Positions 1 to 12,347 of a stretch of 64,000 nt of DNA are shown piece after piece. Under the pieces are notes generated by a model that had not been told where the DNA came from, ran no database searches, and saw only the letters and a program-made list of their open reading frames with translations. A program made the translations under genes and the position numbers. This DNA is from a bacterium (GTDB lineage: Bacteria > Patescibacteriota > Minisyncoccia > JBBINA01), in contig JBBINA010000002.1 in NCBI GenBank assembly GCA_037444125.1, forward strand, positions 6,272 to 70,271. The letters are read 5' to 3'. Numbering within the stretch: the first letter of the stretch is position 1; each line of letters opens with the position of its first letter.

Positions 1-294
1 TTTGGCCAACAATGAATTGGCTTTATTATTATAAAAAACTTTTAAGACATTTATAACTTTTTGTAAAACTGGCAAATATTCAAAATCCAATAAATCGGTT
101 AAAAATATCCTTTTGCCCAACTCTCCCTTTCTCCCCATCGATTTCCTAAACAAAGTCGAAAAACCAAGTTTTGGCTTGGTTGAAAAAAAAGAAACGCTAA
201 TCCTGTGTTTTACTAAAAGCTCGCCCAATTCTTTTACATATCTTTCGGCTCCACCTTTTAAATAGGAATATTTATTTATAAGCAAAACCTTCAT
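1..294 (-). CDS. GT4-family glycosyltransferase, N-terminal part (runs off the window)
   Basis: Hand translation from ATG at 294: MKVLLINKYSYLKGGAERYVKELGELLVKH, a typical GT4 N-terminus (GG-E motif). Not in the ORF track. Confidence 0.8.
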   Translation of the reverse strand, partial: MKVLLINKYSYLKGGAERYVKELGELLVKHRISVSFFSTKPKLGFSTLFRKSMGRKGELGKRIFLTDLLDFEYLPVLQKVINVLKVFYNNKANSLLAK

Positions 295-342
295 AAAATA
301 AAATAAACTAGAGTTGTTATATTATATAAATATTTTATATAA

Positions 343-1587
343 ATGTCAATATCACACCTCACAATCTTGCTTTCGCTACTAACTTTTAGGTCATTTTTAG
401 ATATATTTTCCGACCTCACAATACTTAGCATTCAAAACGGCAAAATTGAATTAAATTTAAATTCTCTACTGTCTATTATTAGTTTTTTCTTCGGTCTTTA
501 CATCATTTGGTTTAACCGCAATAGCCTAATTGGATTACTAAAAAAACCAACAATTCAATGGCTTTGTCTTGCTATATTTTCGTTTTTAATCTACTCGAGT
601 CTATCTATAATTTTTTCTGAATATCAAATTGAATCCACGAGAGAAATTATTAGACTCTTTTCAACTTATCTTCTTTTTTTTAGCGGACTTCTACTAATCA
701 ATTCTGAAAAAAAATTTCTTTATACTATTAGTTTCATATTAATAAGTTCGGCGGTACCTTTTATGTTTTCTCTATATCAAATTGTTACCAATGATCAAAA
801 ATATGAATCGCGAATTTATGGCACTTTTTTTCATCCTAATCCTTTTGCTTTCTATCTTTTTCTGCTTCTTGCTTTAGGTATATCTTTATTTTTTTCTAGC
901 CATAAATCTATTGAACATCATAAAAAAACCCTGCTTTGGTTTCTAATAGTAATTTTAGGCTTAATTTTCTTTACTCAAACACGAAGTATCTGGTTTGCCA
1001 CTGGTTTATTTATACTCTTAATCGGTATACTTAAAAATTATAAGGTTTTCTTTATAACTATTTTGCTGGGCTGCCTGCTAGTAATCTTTCAAGCTGTTTT
1101 TGAAGGGTCAACTATCGAAAGCCGCGTTTTTGACATACTTTATAATCCTTTTAATTCGCTTATCTGGCGTTTGGAAATTTGGCAAGACGCTTTCAATTTG
1201 GCGCGCGAAAAATTTATATTCGGTTATGGCTTAAATACGGCTTCATCTAAACTAGAATATTTAAGAGGCATTGCATTAGGTTCAACTGAAATTCATAATG
1301 ATTATTTAAAAGTATTTTTTGAACTTGGCATCATCGGCTTATTTCTTTATCTTTTGATATTTATTTTACTTTTACGCTCGCTGGTTCAACCTCAAGTCGA
1401 TTATAATAAAAAATTAGTTTTCGGTATTTTTATTGGTATTATTCTTGTAATTTCTTTTTTTGATAATGTGCTTCGCGTAACTGCCTTTCAATACATTCTG
1501 TGGACTATACTGGGAGGTATTTTAGGGGCTTCATTTAATAAAATCAATAAACAAAAAGTCCCTACAACTGACATTAGTCAATCATAG
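343..1587 (+). CDS. O-antigen ligase/polymerase (Wzy_C/WaaL-like) membrane protein
   Basis: Many TM segments; RIYGTFFHPNPFA, TQTRS, GYG and HNDYL...ELGIIG motifs. Confidence 0.85.
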   Translation: MSISHLTILLSLLTFRSFLDIFSDLTILSIQNGKIELNLNSLLSIISFFFGLYIIWFNRNSLIGLLKKPTIQWLCLAIFSFLIYSSLSIIFSEYQIESTREIIRLFSTYLLFFSGLLLINSEKKFLYTISFILISSAVPFMFSLYQIVTNDQKYESRIYGTFFHPNPFAFYLFLLLALGISLFFSSHKSIEHHKKTLLWFLIVILGLIFFTQTRSIWFATGLFILLIGILKNYKVFFITILLGCLLVIFQAVFEGSTIESRVFDILYNPFNSLIWRLEIWQDAFNLAREKFIFGYGLNTASSKLEYLRGIALGSTEIHNDYLKVFFELGIIGLFLYLLIFILLLRSLVQPQVDYNKKLVFGIFIGIILVISFFDNVLRVTAFQYILWTILGGILGASFNKINKQKVPTTDISQS

Positions 1588-1599
1588 GGACTCCTATAA

Positions 1600-2304
1600 C
1601 TATAAGTAGGACCGCGCACTCTTATGCGGCGGCGGTATCATAGTTGAGCGCACTCGCGGTAACTTTACAGAGCCGACAGGCACTACATCTAAATCTTCTG
1701 CCTCCATAACCAACTCATAACCCCACTTCCCGTCTTGATCAAGGAACGGTAAACCGATTTTTTGAGATTCAATAGCTACGCAACCAAACAACTTATCAAC
1801 CTGATGCCCAGCAACCCGCCTTACCGCCGGATCCCAAAACTCAATCCAAAAGCGATCCCTGAACGACCCCTCAGGTAAAAACAATAATGATCGTAACGGC
1901 TCAGGGGTCATCTGACGCATCTGCTCAATCTGCCCTACCGCAAAGGGGTTGTGGTAGGTGAAAACAACATCCCCGAACCACTCCCTCGTGTAATAATAAT
2001 ATCCCCAGGAAAGCACTGAATTTGCTTCCCCGAGAACATTCCACTTCCAGAAACTTCTTAAAACAACGACCGTGCCATCAAGCACCGACAAGTCGCTATA
2101 AATAACTTCTCGGCCGCTCGGATCCGGAACCTCAACCGCACATCTTACTGAAACGTTGATACGCACTACCTCGTCTATTAATGCCACACGAATATTGGCA
2201 TCGCCCAACTCGTCCTTCACATCAAAGCCGAAAACGAAAACCGATCCGCCCAAGAAAATCACTAACAATATCGATAAAACAAAAAACTTCTTGCCGGGGG
2301 TCAT
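1600..2304 (-). CDS. GC-rich hypothetical protein with N-terminal signal/TM
   Basis: Track ORF 1600-2325. The better start is ATG at 2304 (MTPGKKFF), preceded by AGGAGGTG. No family recognised. Confidence 0.6.
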   Translation of the reverse strand: MTPGKKFFVLSILLVIFLGGSVFVFGFDVKDELGDANIRVALIDEVVRINVSVRCAVEVPDPSGREVIYSDLSVLDGTVVVLRSFWKWNVLGEANSVLSWGYYYYTREWFGDVVFTYHNPFAVGQIEQMRQMTPEPLRSLLFLPEGSFRDRFWIEFWDPAVRRVAGHQVDKLFGCVAIESQKIGLPFLDQDGKWGYELVMEAEDLDVVPVGSVKLPRVRSTMIPPPHKSARSYL

Positions 2305-2343
2305 TTTGACCCACCTCCTTTTCAAATTAAAATGAACTTTCTG

Positions 2344-2390
2344 CCTGCTTTCTAATCACTTTTTAAGTTAAAAAGTGATTAGGTAGCGGG
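2344..2390. terminator. long hairpin with perfect 15-bp arms downstream of the wzz-like gene
   Basis: CTAATCACTTTTTAA-G-TTAAAAAGTGATTAG (2352-2382), extendable by CCTGCT/AGCGGG. Confidence 0.5.
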
Positions 2391-2392
2391 CT

Positions 2393-3013
2393 TTATATTA
2401 ACTTCACTTTCATTGACATTAAACTTTCTTTTTCCCGCTTTACAATACTATAAAAACTGACAAAAATCAAGAGAAAAAATATACCAGCGGCTATATAATT
2501 AAAAAACTTATGCTTAATAGTAATATACGGCGGGTCTATTGGTTCTATTTTTAAATTATCTTCTTTACCATGATATTTGGAAAAATTTTCTTTTAAAGCA
2601 TACAAAACAGCACTGTTTAAAGCCAAAGAATCAAAATCATTTCTATCTTTAGTGGTAATTTTTATAATGCCGGTAAAAGGCACTACAGAAACCTTAACTT
2701 TTTTTCGCCAATTAGTCATCCTTACTTCCGGGTTATTATATTCACTTTCCTGCAAACGGAAAGGCAACGAGTAAACTGTATTAATAAAAAATTGGGTGTA
2801 AATTATTTCCTTGACTAAACGAACTAATACTTCTTGAGATTTTACCAATGAGTAAGCATCGATTTCCTTGTTCTTCTGGATAATAATAATTTTACTTTCA
2901 GCCACATGATCAAATCCTGACATCAAAGAAATAGCTATGCCAATCATAAAACCAGATATTGAAACCAAAAATATTCGCAACCAGTTATTTTTTATGAATT
3001 GCATTAAATCCAC
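2393..3013 (-). CDS. Wzz/CapA-like polysaccharide chain-length determinant
   Basis: Two terminal TMs flanking an extracytoplasmic domain; sits among glycan genes. Confidence 0.65.
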   Translation of the reverse strand: MDLMQFIKNNWLRIFLVSISGFMIGIAISLMSGFDHVAESKIIIIQKNKEIDAYSLVKSQEVLVRLVKEIIYTQFFINTVYSLPFRLQESEYNNPEVRMTNWRKKVKVSVVPFTGIIKITTKDRNDFDSLALNSAVLYALKENFSKYHGKEDNLKIEPIDPPYITIKHKFFNYIAAGIFFLLIFVSFYSIVKREKESLMSMKVKLI

Positions 3014-3044
3014 GATAGTTTGCTAAAATATTAGATTATGTTTA

Positions 3045-3073
3045 TTGACAATTAAAATGTATTCTAGTATAAT
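3045..3073 (+). promoter_or_regulatory. consensus sigma70 promoter for the GT4 gene
   Basis: TTGACA-17 nt-TATAAT. Confidence 0.7.
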
Positions 3074-3090
3074 GTAATCAATTCCTAAAT

Positions 3091-3119
3091 AATATAGCAT
3101 ATTACACTAAAAATGTCAA
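3091..3119 (-). promoter_or_regulatory. sigma70 promoter for the wzz-like gene
   Basis: TTGACA-17 nt-TATATT with TGn extended -10 on the minus strand. Confidence 0.55.
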
Positions 3120-3202
3120 TAGACAAATTGACTTGTGAAAGTAAAAATATAATATACTTAGGATTTCTAACTCATTCATAACCATTAAAATAGTATGATA
3201 AT

Positions 3203-4324
3203 ATGATAATCGTCGGACAAAAATCAAATAATCAAATTTATGGAGGTGTCGAAAAGTATGTCTTCGAACTATCAAATTTTCTAGCACGCCATAAAGAACC
3301 AGTTACTCTACTTAATCGCAAGGGTTATCTTGCTATCAAACCAACAAGTCGAAATATTAAATTTATACAGGTACCAACAATACACTCTAAATACCTTGAT
3401 GGCCCAATCTATTCTTTCCTATCTGCCTTCTATTGTATTGGTATTAACGACAAAATTATAAATGTCCAAGGTATTGGCCCGGCATTTTTTTTACCCTTAT
3501 TTAAAATACTAAATCCATCTAAAAAAATAATTTTTACTTTTCATTGCCGTGATTATTTCCAGGAAAAATGGTCATCATTAGGAAAAATATTTCTAAAAGC
3601 CGGAGAATATCTAGGTTGCAAATTAAGTGATTATGTAATAACTGTCTCAAGCAATCTAGCCAATTATGTAAAAAACAAGTATGGCATAAAGCCAATAGTC
3701 ATTAAAAACGCTCTTGAGCTTAAATTAATATATTCCACAAAAAACAACCCTTCATTGTTCAAAAAATTAAAAATTGAAAAATATAAATACTTTCTAGTTA
3801 TTTCGCGCTTAGTGAAACACAAAAACATAGAAATTATTTTAAAACAATTTGCTACCCAAAAAATGAGCCCAAAAAGAAACTTTAAGCTAGTAATTGTCGG
3901 GGACGAAAAATACGAAAACCAATATAAGGCTTACCTTAAAAATCTTGTCATTGAATCAAATGCAAAAGATAAAATAATTTTCACGGGCAAACTAAAAGGC
4001 AACTATATCTATAAACTAATAAAATATGCACGGGGTATTTTAAGCGCCTCTTCTTATGAGGGATTATCTTATGCCTTAATTGAAGCTGCCGCCTTCGGTA
4101 AACCGATTTTATGCCGCTCTCTTCCTTCAAATAAAGAAATATTAGACAAGTATGGATATTATTTTAACAAAAATAAACGCAGTTTTATCTTACAAGTAAA
4201 TTCATTTATAAAAAATTGCCTTAAAAAAAACGCGGTCAATAAATCACTTGTAAACCGTATAAAAAAATTCTTCAATGCTGACAAAAACTTCCAAAAAATC
4301 TTGGAAATATTAAATAACCTATAA
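3203..4324 (+). CDS. GT4-family glycosyltransferase
   Basis: GGVEKYV N-terminal motif; EGLSYALIEAAAFGKP (EX7E). Confidence 0.9.
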   Translation: MIIVGQKSNNQIYGGVEKYVFELSNFLARHKEPVTLLNRKGYLAIKPTSRNIKFIQVPTIHSKYLDGPIYSFLSAFYCIGINDKIINVQGIGPAFFLPLFKILNPSKKIIFTFHCRDYFQEKWSSLGKIFLKAGEYLGCKLSDYVITVSSNLANYVKNKYGIKPIVIKNALELKLIYSTKNNPSLFKKLKIEKYKYFLVISRLVKHKNIEIILKQFATQKMSPKRNFKLVIVGDEKYENQYKAYLKNLVIESNAKDKIIFTGKLKGNYIYKLIKYARGILSASSYEGLSYALIEAAAFGKPILCRSLPSNKEILDKYGYYFNKNKRSFILQVNSFIKNCLKKNAVNKSLVNRIKKFFNADKNFQKILEILNNL

Positions 4325-4337
4325 CCACTTTTCCCTC

Positions 4338-4365
4338 TTGACTTCAGTTAAAAATTGTCTATAAT
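4338..4365 (+). promoter_or_regulatory. promoter of the 23S-5S transcript
   Basis: TTGACT-16 nt-TATAAT upstream of the 23S leader. Confidence 0.65.
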
Positions 4366-4370
4366 GACTG

Positions 4371-4476
4371 TAGAAAATGAATATTTTAATTATACATAAA
4401 ACTAGAAGTGCAAGCGGGTAGCTTATAATTGAATTTATATTCATTTTCTAAAACCGCTTGTATCAGGCGGTTTTTA
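4371..4476 (+). promoter_or_regulatory. structured leader with terminator/antiterminator potential, or a small ncRNA
   Basis: 14-bp helix 4371-4384/4437-4450; hairpin AAAACCGCTTG-TAT-CAGGCGGTTTTT; TGCAAGCGG (4409-4417) is complementary to the hairpin 5' arm. Confidence 0.55.
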
Positions 4477-4531
4477 AGGTTCTCTATATTCTAAAAAAAA
4501 CGATTTCGTCTATAAATGAGGTTACAAAAAA

Positions 4532-7591
<3,060 letters not shown>

Positions 7592-7647
7592 ATTTTTTGT
7601 AACCCCTTTTATAGACTAAATCAATTTTTTAAAAAAAATAATCAAAA

Positions 7648-7764
7648 GCCCCTTGGTAACAATACTGAAGAGGAAACGCTCCTTCTCATCCCGAACAGGA
7701 AAGCTAAGCTCTTCAAGGCCGATGATACTCGTTTAACGGGGAAAGTAGGTAATTGCCAAGGGGC
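7648..7764 (+). rRNA. rrf: 5S rRNA
   Basis: CATCCCGAAC, GCCGATGATACT, GGGAAAGTAGGT; terminal helix CCCCTTGGT/GCCAAGGGG. Confidence 0.93.
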
Positions 7765-7770
7765 TTTTTG

Positions 7771-9516
7771 TTATTTATCCGGACCAACACCATAATAATA
7801 AAAAAGGTATTCATATATCTCTCGTAAAGCTGGCACTACTGTTTCTTCGGCAAAACGAGCATTTTTAGGTTTATCCAATCGTATAAAAATAAGAAATTTA
7901 GGATCCTGATAAGGGGCAAATGATACAACGCTATGAATAAAATCTTCAGAGTAACCCTTTTTATCCTTTAAAGGTATTTGTGCTGTGCCAGTTTTAGCTC
8001 CTATGTTGTAACCGGCTATTTTTGTTCTCCGTGCTGTGCCATTTTCCACTGTTTCAATCATCAAATCTTTAATCAAATTCCTTGAATAATCATCTAAAAC
8101 CATTCTTAAAACCTGTGGCTTAGCTTCATAAATAACTTTATCGCCTATAAGTATTTTTTTTAAAAAATACGGCTTCAAAAGTTTACCTCCGTTAATTAAA
8201 CTCGAAGCCGCTGTCATAAATCTTATAGGCGTCACACTTACACCTTGCCCGAATGAAGAAACAAATTTATCAATTTCGCGATTAGAATAAACATTAATAA
8301 ATGAACCCTTAGCTTCATAAGGAATATCTATGCCCGTTAACTCAGACAAACCAAAATTCTCTAAACCCTTAATATATTCTTCATCAGATAATTTTTCAAC
8401 GATATAAACAACACCTGTATTAATAGACTTAATTAGGGCTTCCTTAAGTGGTATGTGGCCATACACCTTCTCCGCAGCATTTTTAATGATATAACTGCCT
8501 GATTTAACAAATCCTTTATCAACATACCATTCATCAGGAGTTATTTTTTTAAAAAAATATCCCAAAGCGAAAGTAAAAATTTTAAATATTGAACCCGGTT
8601 CAAAAGTATTTGAGATTAATGGATTTAAAAATAGTCTATAATCGCTTACTTCGTAATAACGATTTGGGTCAAATGAAGGCTGAGTTGATAAAGCAAGAAT
8701 AGCACCGCTATTAGGATCCATAATGGCAATAATGCCCAGTTCTGCTTTAAATTTCTTCATATAATTAGCCAATATCTCGTCGGTCTTAAAATTTAAATTC
8801 GGTTCAATAGTCAAAATTAATTTAATTTCCTCATTAATTAATGGCTTATTGACGCCGAACAAACGCAACGCTCTATTCACAACATCATTACTACCATTAC
8901 TACCGTCAAGATTGCCTATGTTGCCTTTTAAATAATCATCGTAAAATTGCTCTATGCCATATATACCTTCCTTTTCCTTACCTCTAAAACCATAATAACC
9001 AAGCAGTTGAGCTAGTTTTTCTCCAAGAGGATAATAGCGGTCATAGTAAGTAGTTAAGTATAAACCTTTAAGCTTAGCTTCTTTTATTTTAGTTATAATA
9101 GGATCGTCATTTTCTAATTTTGGTAATAAATTAACAAAATATGTATCTTTTTTTTCAACTTTATCTCTAACTTTATCTATTAATGCCGCGGCTTCATTAT
9201 TATCTTTATTCTTAGCTTCATAATACGAAAATATAATCTGCTGAATCTTATTAAGCTCATCTTCCTGAATTAAATGCGGATTAAGTGCAACATTGTAATA
9301 CAATTTATTTATAGCTACAGGATATAATGACTGATTATTTTTGTCCTCAAGGTATATCTCGCTTCTTTTATCTACTCCCCTAACTTCCCTATTAACCGCA
9401 GCTTTTGCTGGCTCCTGTTTGTTATATAAAACAACGGCAAAATAAAAAACTCGCCATAATATGGCAAGCCCAAGCAAAACTACTATAAATTGAAGAAACC
9501 CTATTTTTCTAGTCAT
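7771..9516 (-). CDS. ftsI: class B penicillin-binding protein (FtsI/PBP3-like)
   Basis: EPGSIFK (SxxK), SIN (SxN), KTGT; follows mraZ-rsmH-ftsL. Confidence 0.9.
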   Translation of the reverse strand: MTRKIGFLQFIVVLLGLAILWRVFYFAVVLYNKQEPAKAAVNREVRGVDKRSEIYLEDKNNQSLYPVAINKLYYNVALNPHLIQEDELNKIQQIIFSYYEAKNKDNNEAAALIDKVRDKVEKKDTYFVNLLPKLENDDPIITKIKEAKLKGLYLTTYYDRYYPLGEKLAQLLGYYGFRGKEKEGIYGIEQFYDDYLKGNIGNLDGSNGSNDVVNRALRLFGVNKPLINEEIKLILTIEPNLNFKTDEILANYMKKFKAELGIIAIMDPNSGAILALSTQPSFDPNRYYEVSDYRLFLNPLISNTFEPGSIFKIFTFALGYFFKKITPDEWYVDKGFVKSGSYIIKNAAEKVYGHIPLKEALIKSINTGVVYIVEKLSDEEYIKGLENFGLSELTGIDIPYEAKGSFINVYSNREIDKFVSSFGQGVSVTPIRFMTAASSLINGGKLLKPYFLKKILIGDKVIYEAKPQVLRMVLDDYSRNLIKDLMIETVENGTARRTKIAGYNIGAKTGTAQIPLKDKKGYSEDFIHSVVSFAPYQDPKFLIFIRLDKPKNARFAEETVVPALREIYEYLFYYYGVGPDK

Positions 9517-9526
9517 AGCAATACCA

Positions 9527-9823
9527 CTATTCGGATTTAAAACTATTTCCTAACAATGAAATGCCTTTTCTTATGGTTACAAATTCAATTTTATCGCTTT
9601 TAACTAAATGTGTTCCCAAAGTAGCGAAATATTTTTCTTTCTCCTGTAAATACTTAAAATTAAGTGTTTTGTTTTGCAAACTTAAACCTTCTAAATTAGC
9701 CTTAAGCTCTTTAATCTTATAATTCAAATCTATTACTGATAAATTGAGAAAAACTTGGAAAACGAACATTAATCCCAGAATACCAGCTAAAAACAAATTA
9801 ACAATTTTAAAGTCAAACTTCAT
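9527..9823 (-). CDS. ftsL: FtsL-like cell division protein
   Basis: One TM plus leucine-zipper coil, between rsmH and ftsI. Confidence 0.6.
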   Translation of the reverse strand: MKFDFKIVNLFLAGILGLMFVFQVFLNLSVIDLNYKIKELKANLEGLSLQNKTLNFKYLQEKEKYFATLGTHLVKSDKIEFVTIRKGISLLGNSFKSE

Positions 9824-9892
9824 AAAACCCCCGCAAATTTATTAAGGAATCAGGGACAAATGATTTATAAAAAAATCAATTGTCTCTGACGC

Positions 9893-10813
9893 CTAATGGC
9901 TATCTTTAGCAAAGGCGCGTAGTTTTGCGGACCTAGCTGAAGGATTATTTTTTACTTCTTCTTTTGTCGGACGAACTGCCTTAAAAGTAATAACTTTTCC
10001 TTTTTTACTTTTCTGAAAAGCTTTAAAAGTGTATTTTACTAATCTGTCTTCTAATGAGTGGTATGAAACAATTACAAAACGACCTTGCGGTTCGAGAATT
10101 TGAATACCAGCATTTAAAACCCGCCTTAAATTATCCAACTCGGAATTAGCTTCAATTCTCAATGCCTGAAAAACTTTGGTCAAATAATTTATTTTTTTGT
10201 TTCGGTAAAATTTTTCTAAAGGCTTTAGAACTGCAGCCAACTGGCCTGTGGTAACTATTTTTTCCTGTCGCCGACTTTTAGCCACTAAACCCGCCGCCAA
10301 TCTTGAATGCCTTTCTTCGCCATACTCACGAAAAATTTGCTCTAAACCATCGACAGGATAATAATTCAGAATTTCATAAGCCGGCTTACCATAATTACCA
10401 TATCGCAAATCAATTATTTCATCTTTTTTAAAAGAGAATCCTCTACCTGACTTTTCAAGCAAAAAACGAGATATCCCCAAATCTATATAAACTCCAAAAA
10501 TCTTAATATCAGATAAAACTTGCCTTAATTCTTCAATAACTTCCCTGACTTCCGCGAAGTTACGATTTATATATATTACTCTTTGGCCAAATCTTTCAAG
10601 CCTTTTTTGGGCAACAAACAAAACCTTCTCATTCAAATCAAAAGCAACCACTCTACCTTGAGGACCATTTCGAGTTAAAACTTCATAAGCAAAACTACCT
10701 TCACCCAAAGTACAATCAAGATAATCTAAATTCTGCTGAACATTAAGGTAGAATAACGATTCTTTTAAAAGAACTGGGGTGTGAATAATATTGTCGTAAT
10801 TGCCATCGGTCAT
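9893..10813 (-). CDS. rsmH: 16S rRNA m4C1402 methyltransferase
   Basis: HTPVLL, DCTLGEG, FQALRIEAN, SYHSLEDR, NPSARSAKLR. Confidence 0.97.
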   Translation of the reverse strand: MTDGNYDNIIHTPVLLKESLFYLNVQQNLDYLDCTLGEGSFAYEVLTRNGPQGRVVAFDLNEKVLFVAQKRLERFGQRVIYINRNFAEVREVIEELRQVLSDIKIFGVYIDLGISRFLLEKSGRGFSFKKDEIIDLRYGNYGKPAYEILNYYPVDGLEQIFREYGEERHSRLAAGLVAKSRRQEKIVTTGQLAAVLKPLEKFYRNKKINYLTKVFQALRIEANSELDNLRRVLNAGIQILEPQGRFVIVSYHSLEDRLVKYTFKAFQKSKKGKVITFKAVRPTKEEVKNNPSARSAKLRAFAKDSH

Positions 10814-10901
10814 TTTCGCTTCCCGTAGCCTGCATAAAAGTAATCTCTCTGGCTACGGCCTGTAGACTGCGGGAAGAAAAAATGTTTAATTTTTTTAAAT
10901 T

Positions 10902-11339
10902 TTAGAGTCCAATATTAGGTAAGCTTTGGGAAATTTTATCCATTGTCTTACCGAAATTCTTTTTATAATCGTTCCAAACCAACTCTTGCCAAACTTCAAT
11001 TTTATTATTAACACCAATAAAAATAACATTATCGCCGTTTTTAATGTTTGTCTGCTGTCTTAAATATTCAGGCAATAAAATGCGACCCTGACTATCAAGA
11101 TCGCCATCAAAAGCACTAGAAAGAAGCATCCTCTGAAAAATCCTCGTTTCCTGCTGATTAGTAGGTAAAGACGATAATGAATTTAACACTTTTTGCCATT
11201 CTTGCTTTGTATAAATAACTAAACAACCATCAAATCCTCTGGTTATAATAATTCCATCGATTAAATAAGGTCTAAATTTCGACGGTATGGCTACGCGGCC
11301 TTTATTATCAATTTTGTATAAAAATTCTCCGAAAAACAT
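10902..11339 (-). CDS. mraZ: division/cell wall cluster transcriptional repressor MraZ
   Basis: Two DxxGR motifs (DNKGRV, DSQGRI) and IEVW. Confidence 0.97.
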   Translation of the reverse strand: MFFGEFLYKIDNKGRVAIPSKFRPYLIDGIIITRGFDGCLVIYTKQEWQKVLNSLSSLPTNQQETRIFQRMLLSSAFDGDLDSQGRILLPEYLRQQTNIKNGDNVIFIGVNNKIEVWQELVWNDYKKNFGKTMDKISQSLPNIGL

Positions 11340-11377
11340 TAGAAAATCTTATGAGTTTATAGGCTGGTTTAAGTTAT

Positions 11378-11460
11378 CCACTATCTAATTATTTTTTCCC
11401 CATTTTTATCCACTATTCCCCACTTATTGACCATTCTAAACCACTATACTTATATGTCAA
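11378..11460 (-). promoter_or_regulatory. mraZ promoter with phased MraZ-box repeats
   Basis: TTGACA-16 nt-TAGAAT (11433-11460); RTGG repeats at 10-11 nt spacing (CCA on + at 11400, 11410, 11420, 11431, 11441). Confidence 0.75.
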
Positions 11461-11606
11461 TAATTTAAAAACATTTATTAAAAAATTTAAAAAGCCAGCA
11501 CTCTAATAAGTTCTCTGGAGCTTGTTTTTTAAATTTCGTTCGATTTATTTTCGGTATTTTTTCGCCACTATCATTTTCACCTGTTTTCCACAACCCTATT
11601 ATTTAA

Positions 11607-12347
11607 CTATTTACCAAACCTTCTCTCTCTATTGGCGTACTCCTTAATTGCTTTGATAAACTCCGCTGGCTTAAAATCAGGCCATAATGTTTCAGTAAAA
11701 AAAAGTTGAGCATAGCGCATATGCCACATCATAAAACCAGTGGAAAGATGAGGCTCGCCGCCTGTTCTAATCAATAAATCAATATCGGGCAATTCACCAG
11801 TCAATAAGTGCTTGCGCAGTGATTCTTCTTTAAAATGCGGATTAACTGGCTCGCGACTTATTAAAATCTTCTTGATAGCTTCAAGCATTTCAACATCTCC
11901 GTTATAACCCATAAGAAAAGTTAAATTATATTTTGAAAAACTTTTTGTTTGCTTTTCAACCTCTTCAAATATTTTTTTAAGAGAGCCTGAGACAATTTCC
12001 CGCCAAAAACCAATAATACGGATTCTAACTTCTTCTTTATGAATTCTGGGATTATTTCTTAGTTCAATAAATTTACTTTCAAATAACTTAAATAAATAAT
12101 CAACTTCTCTTTTAGACCTTTTGCGCAAATTATCTAAAGATGCAATCCAAAAAGAAAAATATTTAATATTAAACTTGTAAGCGGTTTCTAAAATCTTTTC
12201 CAAGGCTTTTGCCCCATATAAATGCCCTTGGTATGGCTGAAAACCTCTTTTTACCGCCCAACGCCTGTTGCCATCTGGAATAATAGCAACATGTTGGGGA
12301 ACTATAGATATACCAGTATTATTAGCATTATCCTGATGAACTTTCAT
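11607..12347 (-). CDS. uppS: undecaprenyl diphosphate synthase
   Basis: HVAIIPDGNRRWA, DLLIRTGGE, RERRFG. Confidence 0.95.
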   Translation of the reverse strand: MKVHQDNANNTGISIVPQHVAIIPDGNRRWAVKRGFQPYQGHLYGAKALEKILETAYKFNIKYFSFWIASLDNLRKRSKREVDYLFKLFESKFIELRNNPRIHKEEVRIRIIGFWREIVSGSLKKIFEEVEKQTKSFSKYNLTFLMGYNGDVEMLEAIKKILISREPVNPHFKEESLRKHLLTGELPDIDLLIRTGGEPHLSTGFMMWHMRYAQLFFTETLWPDFKPAEFIKAIKEYANRERRFGK

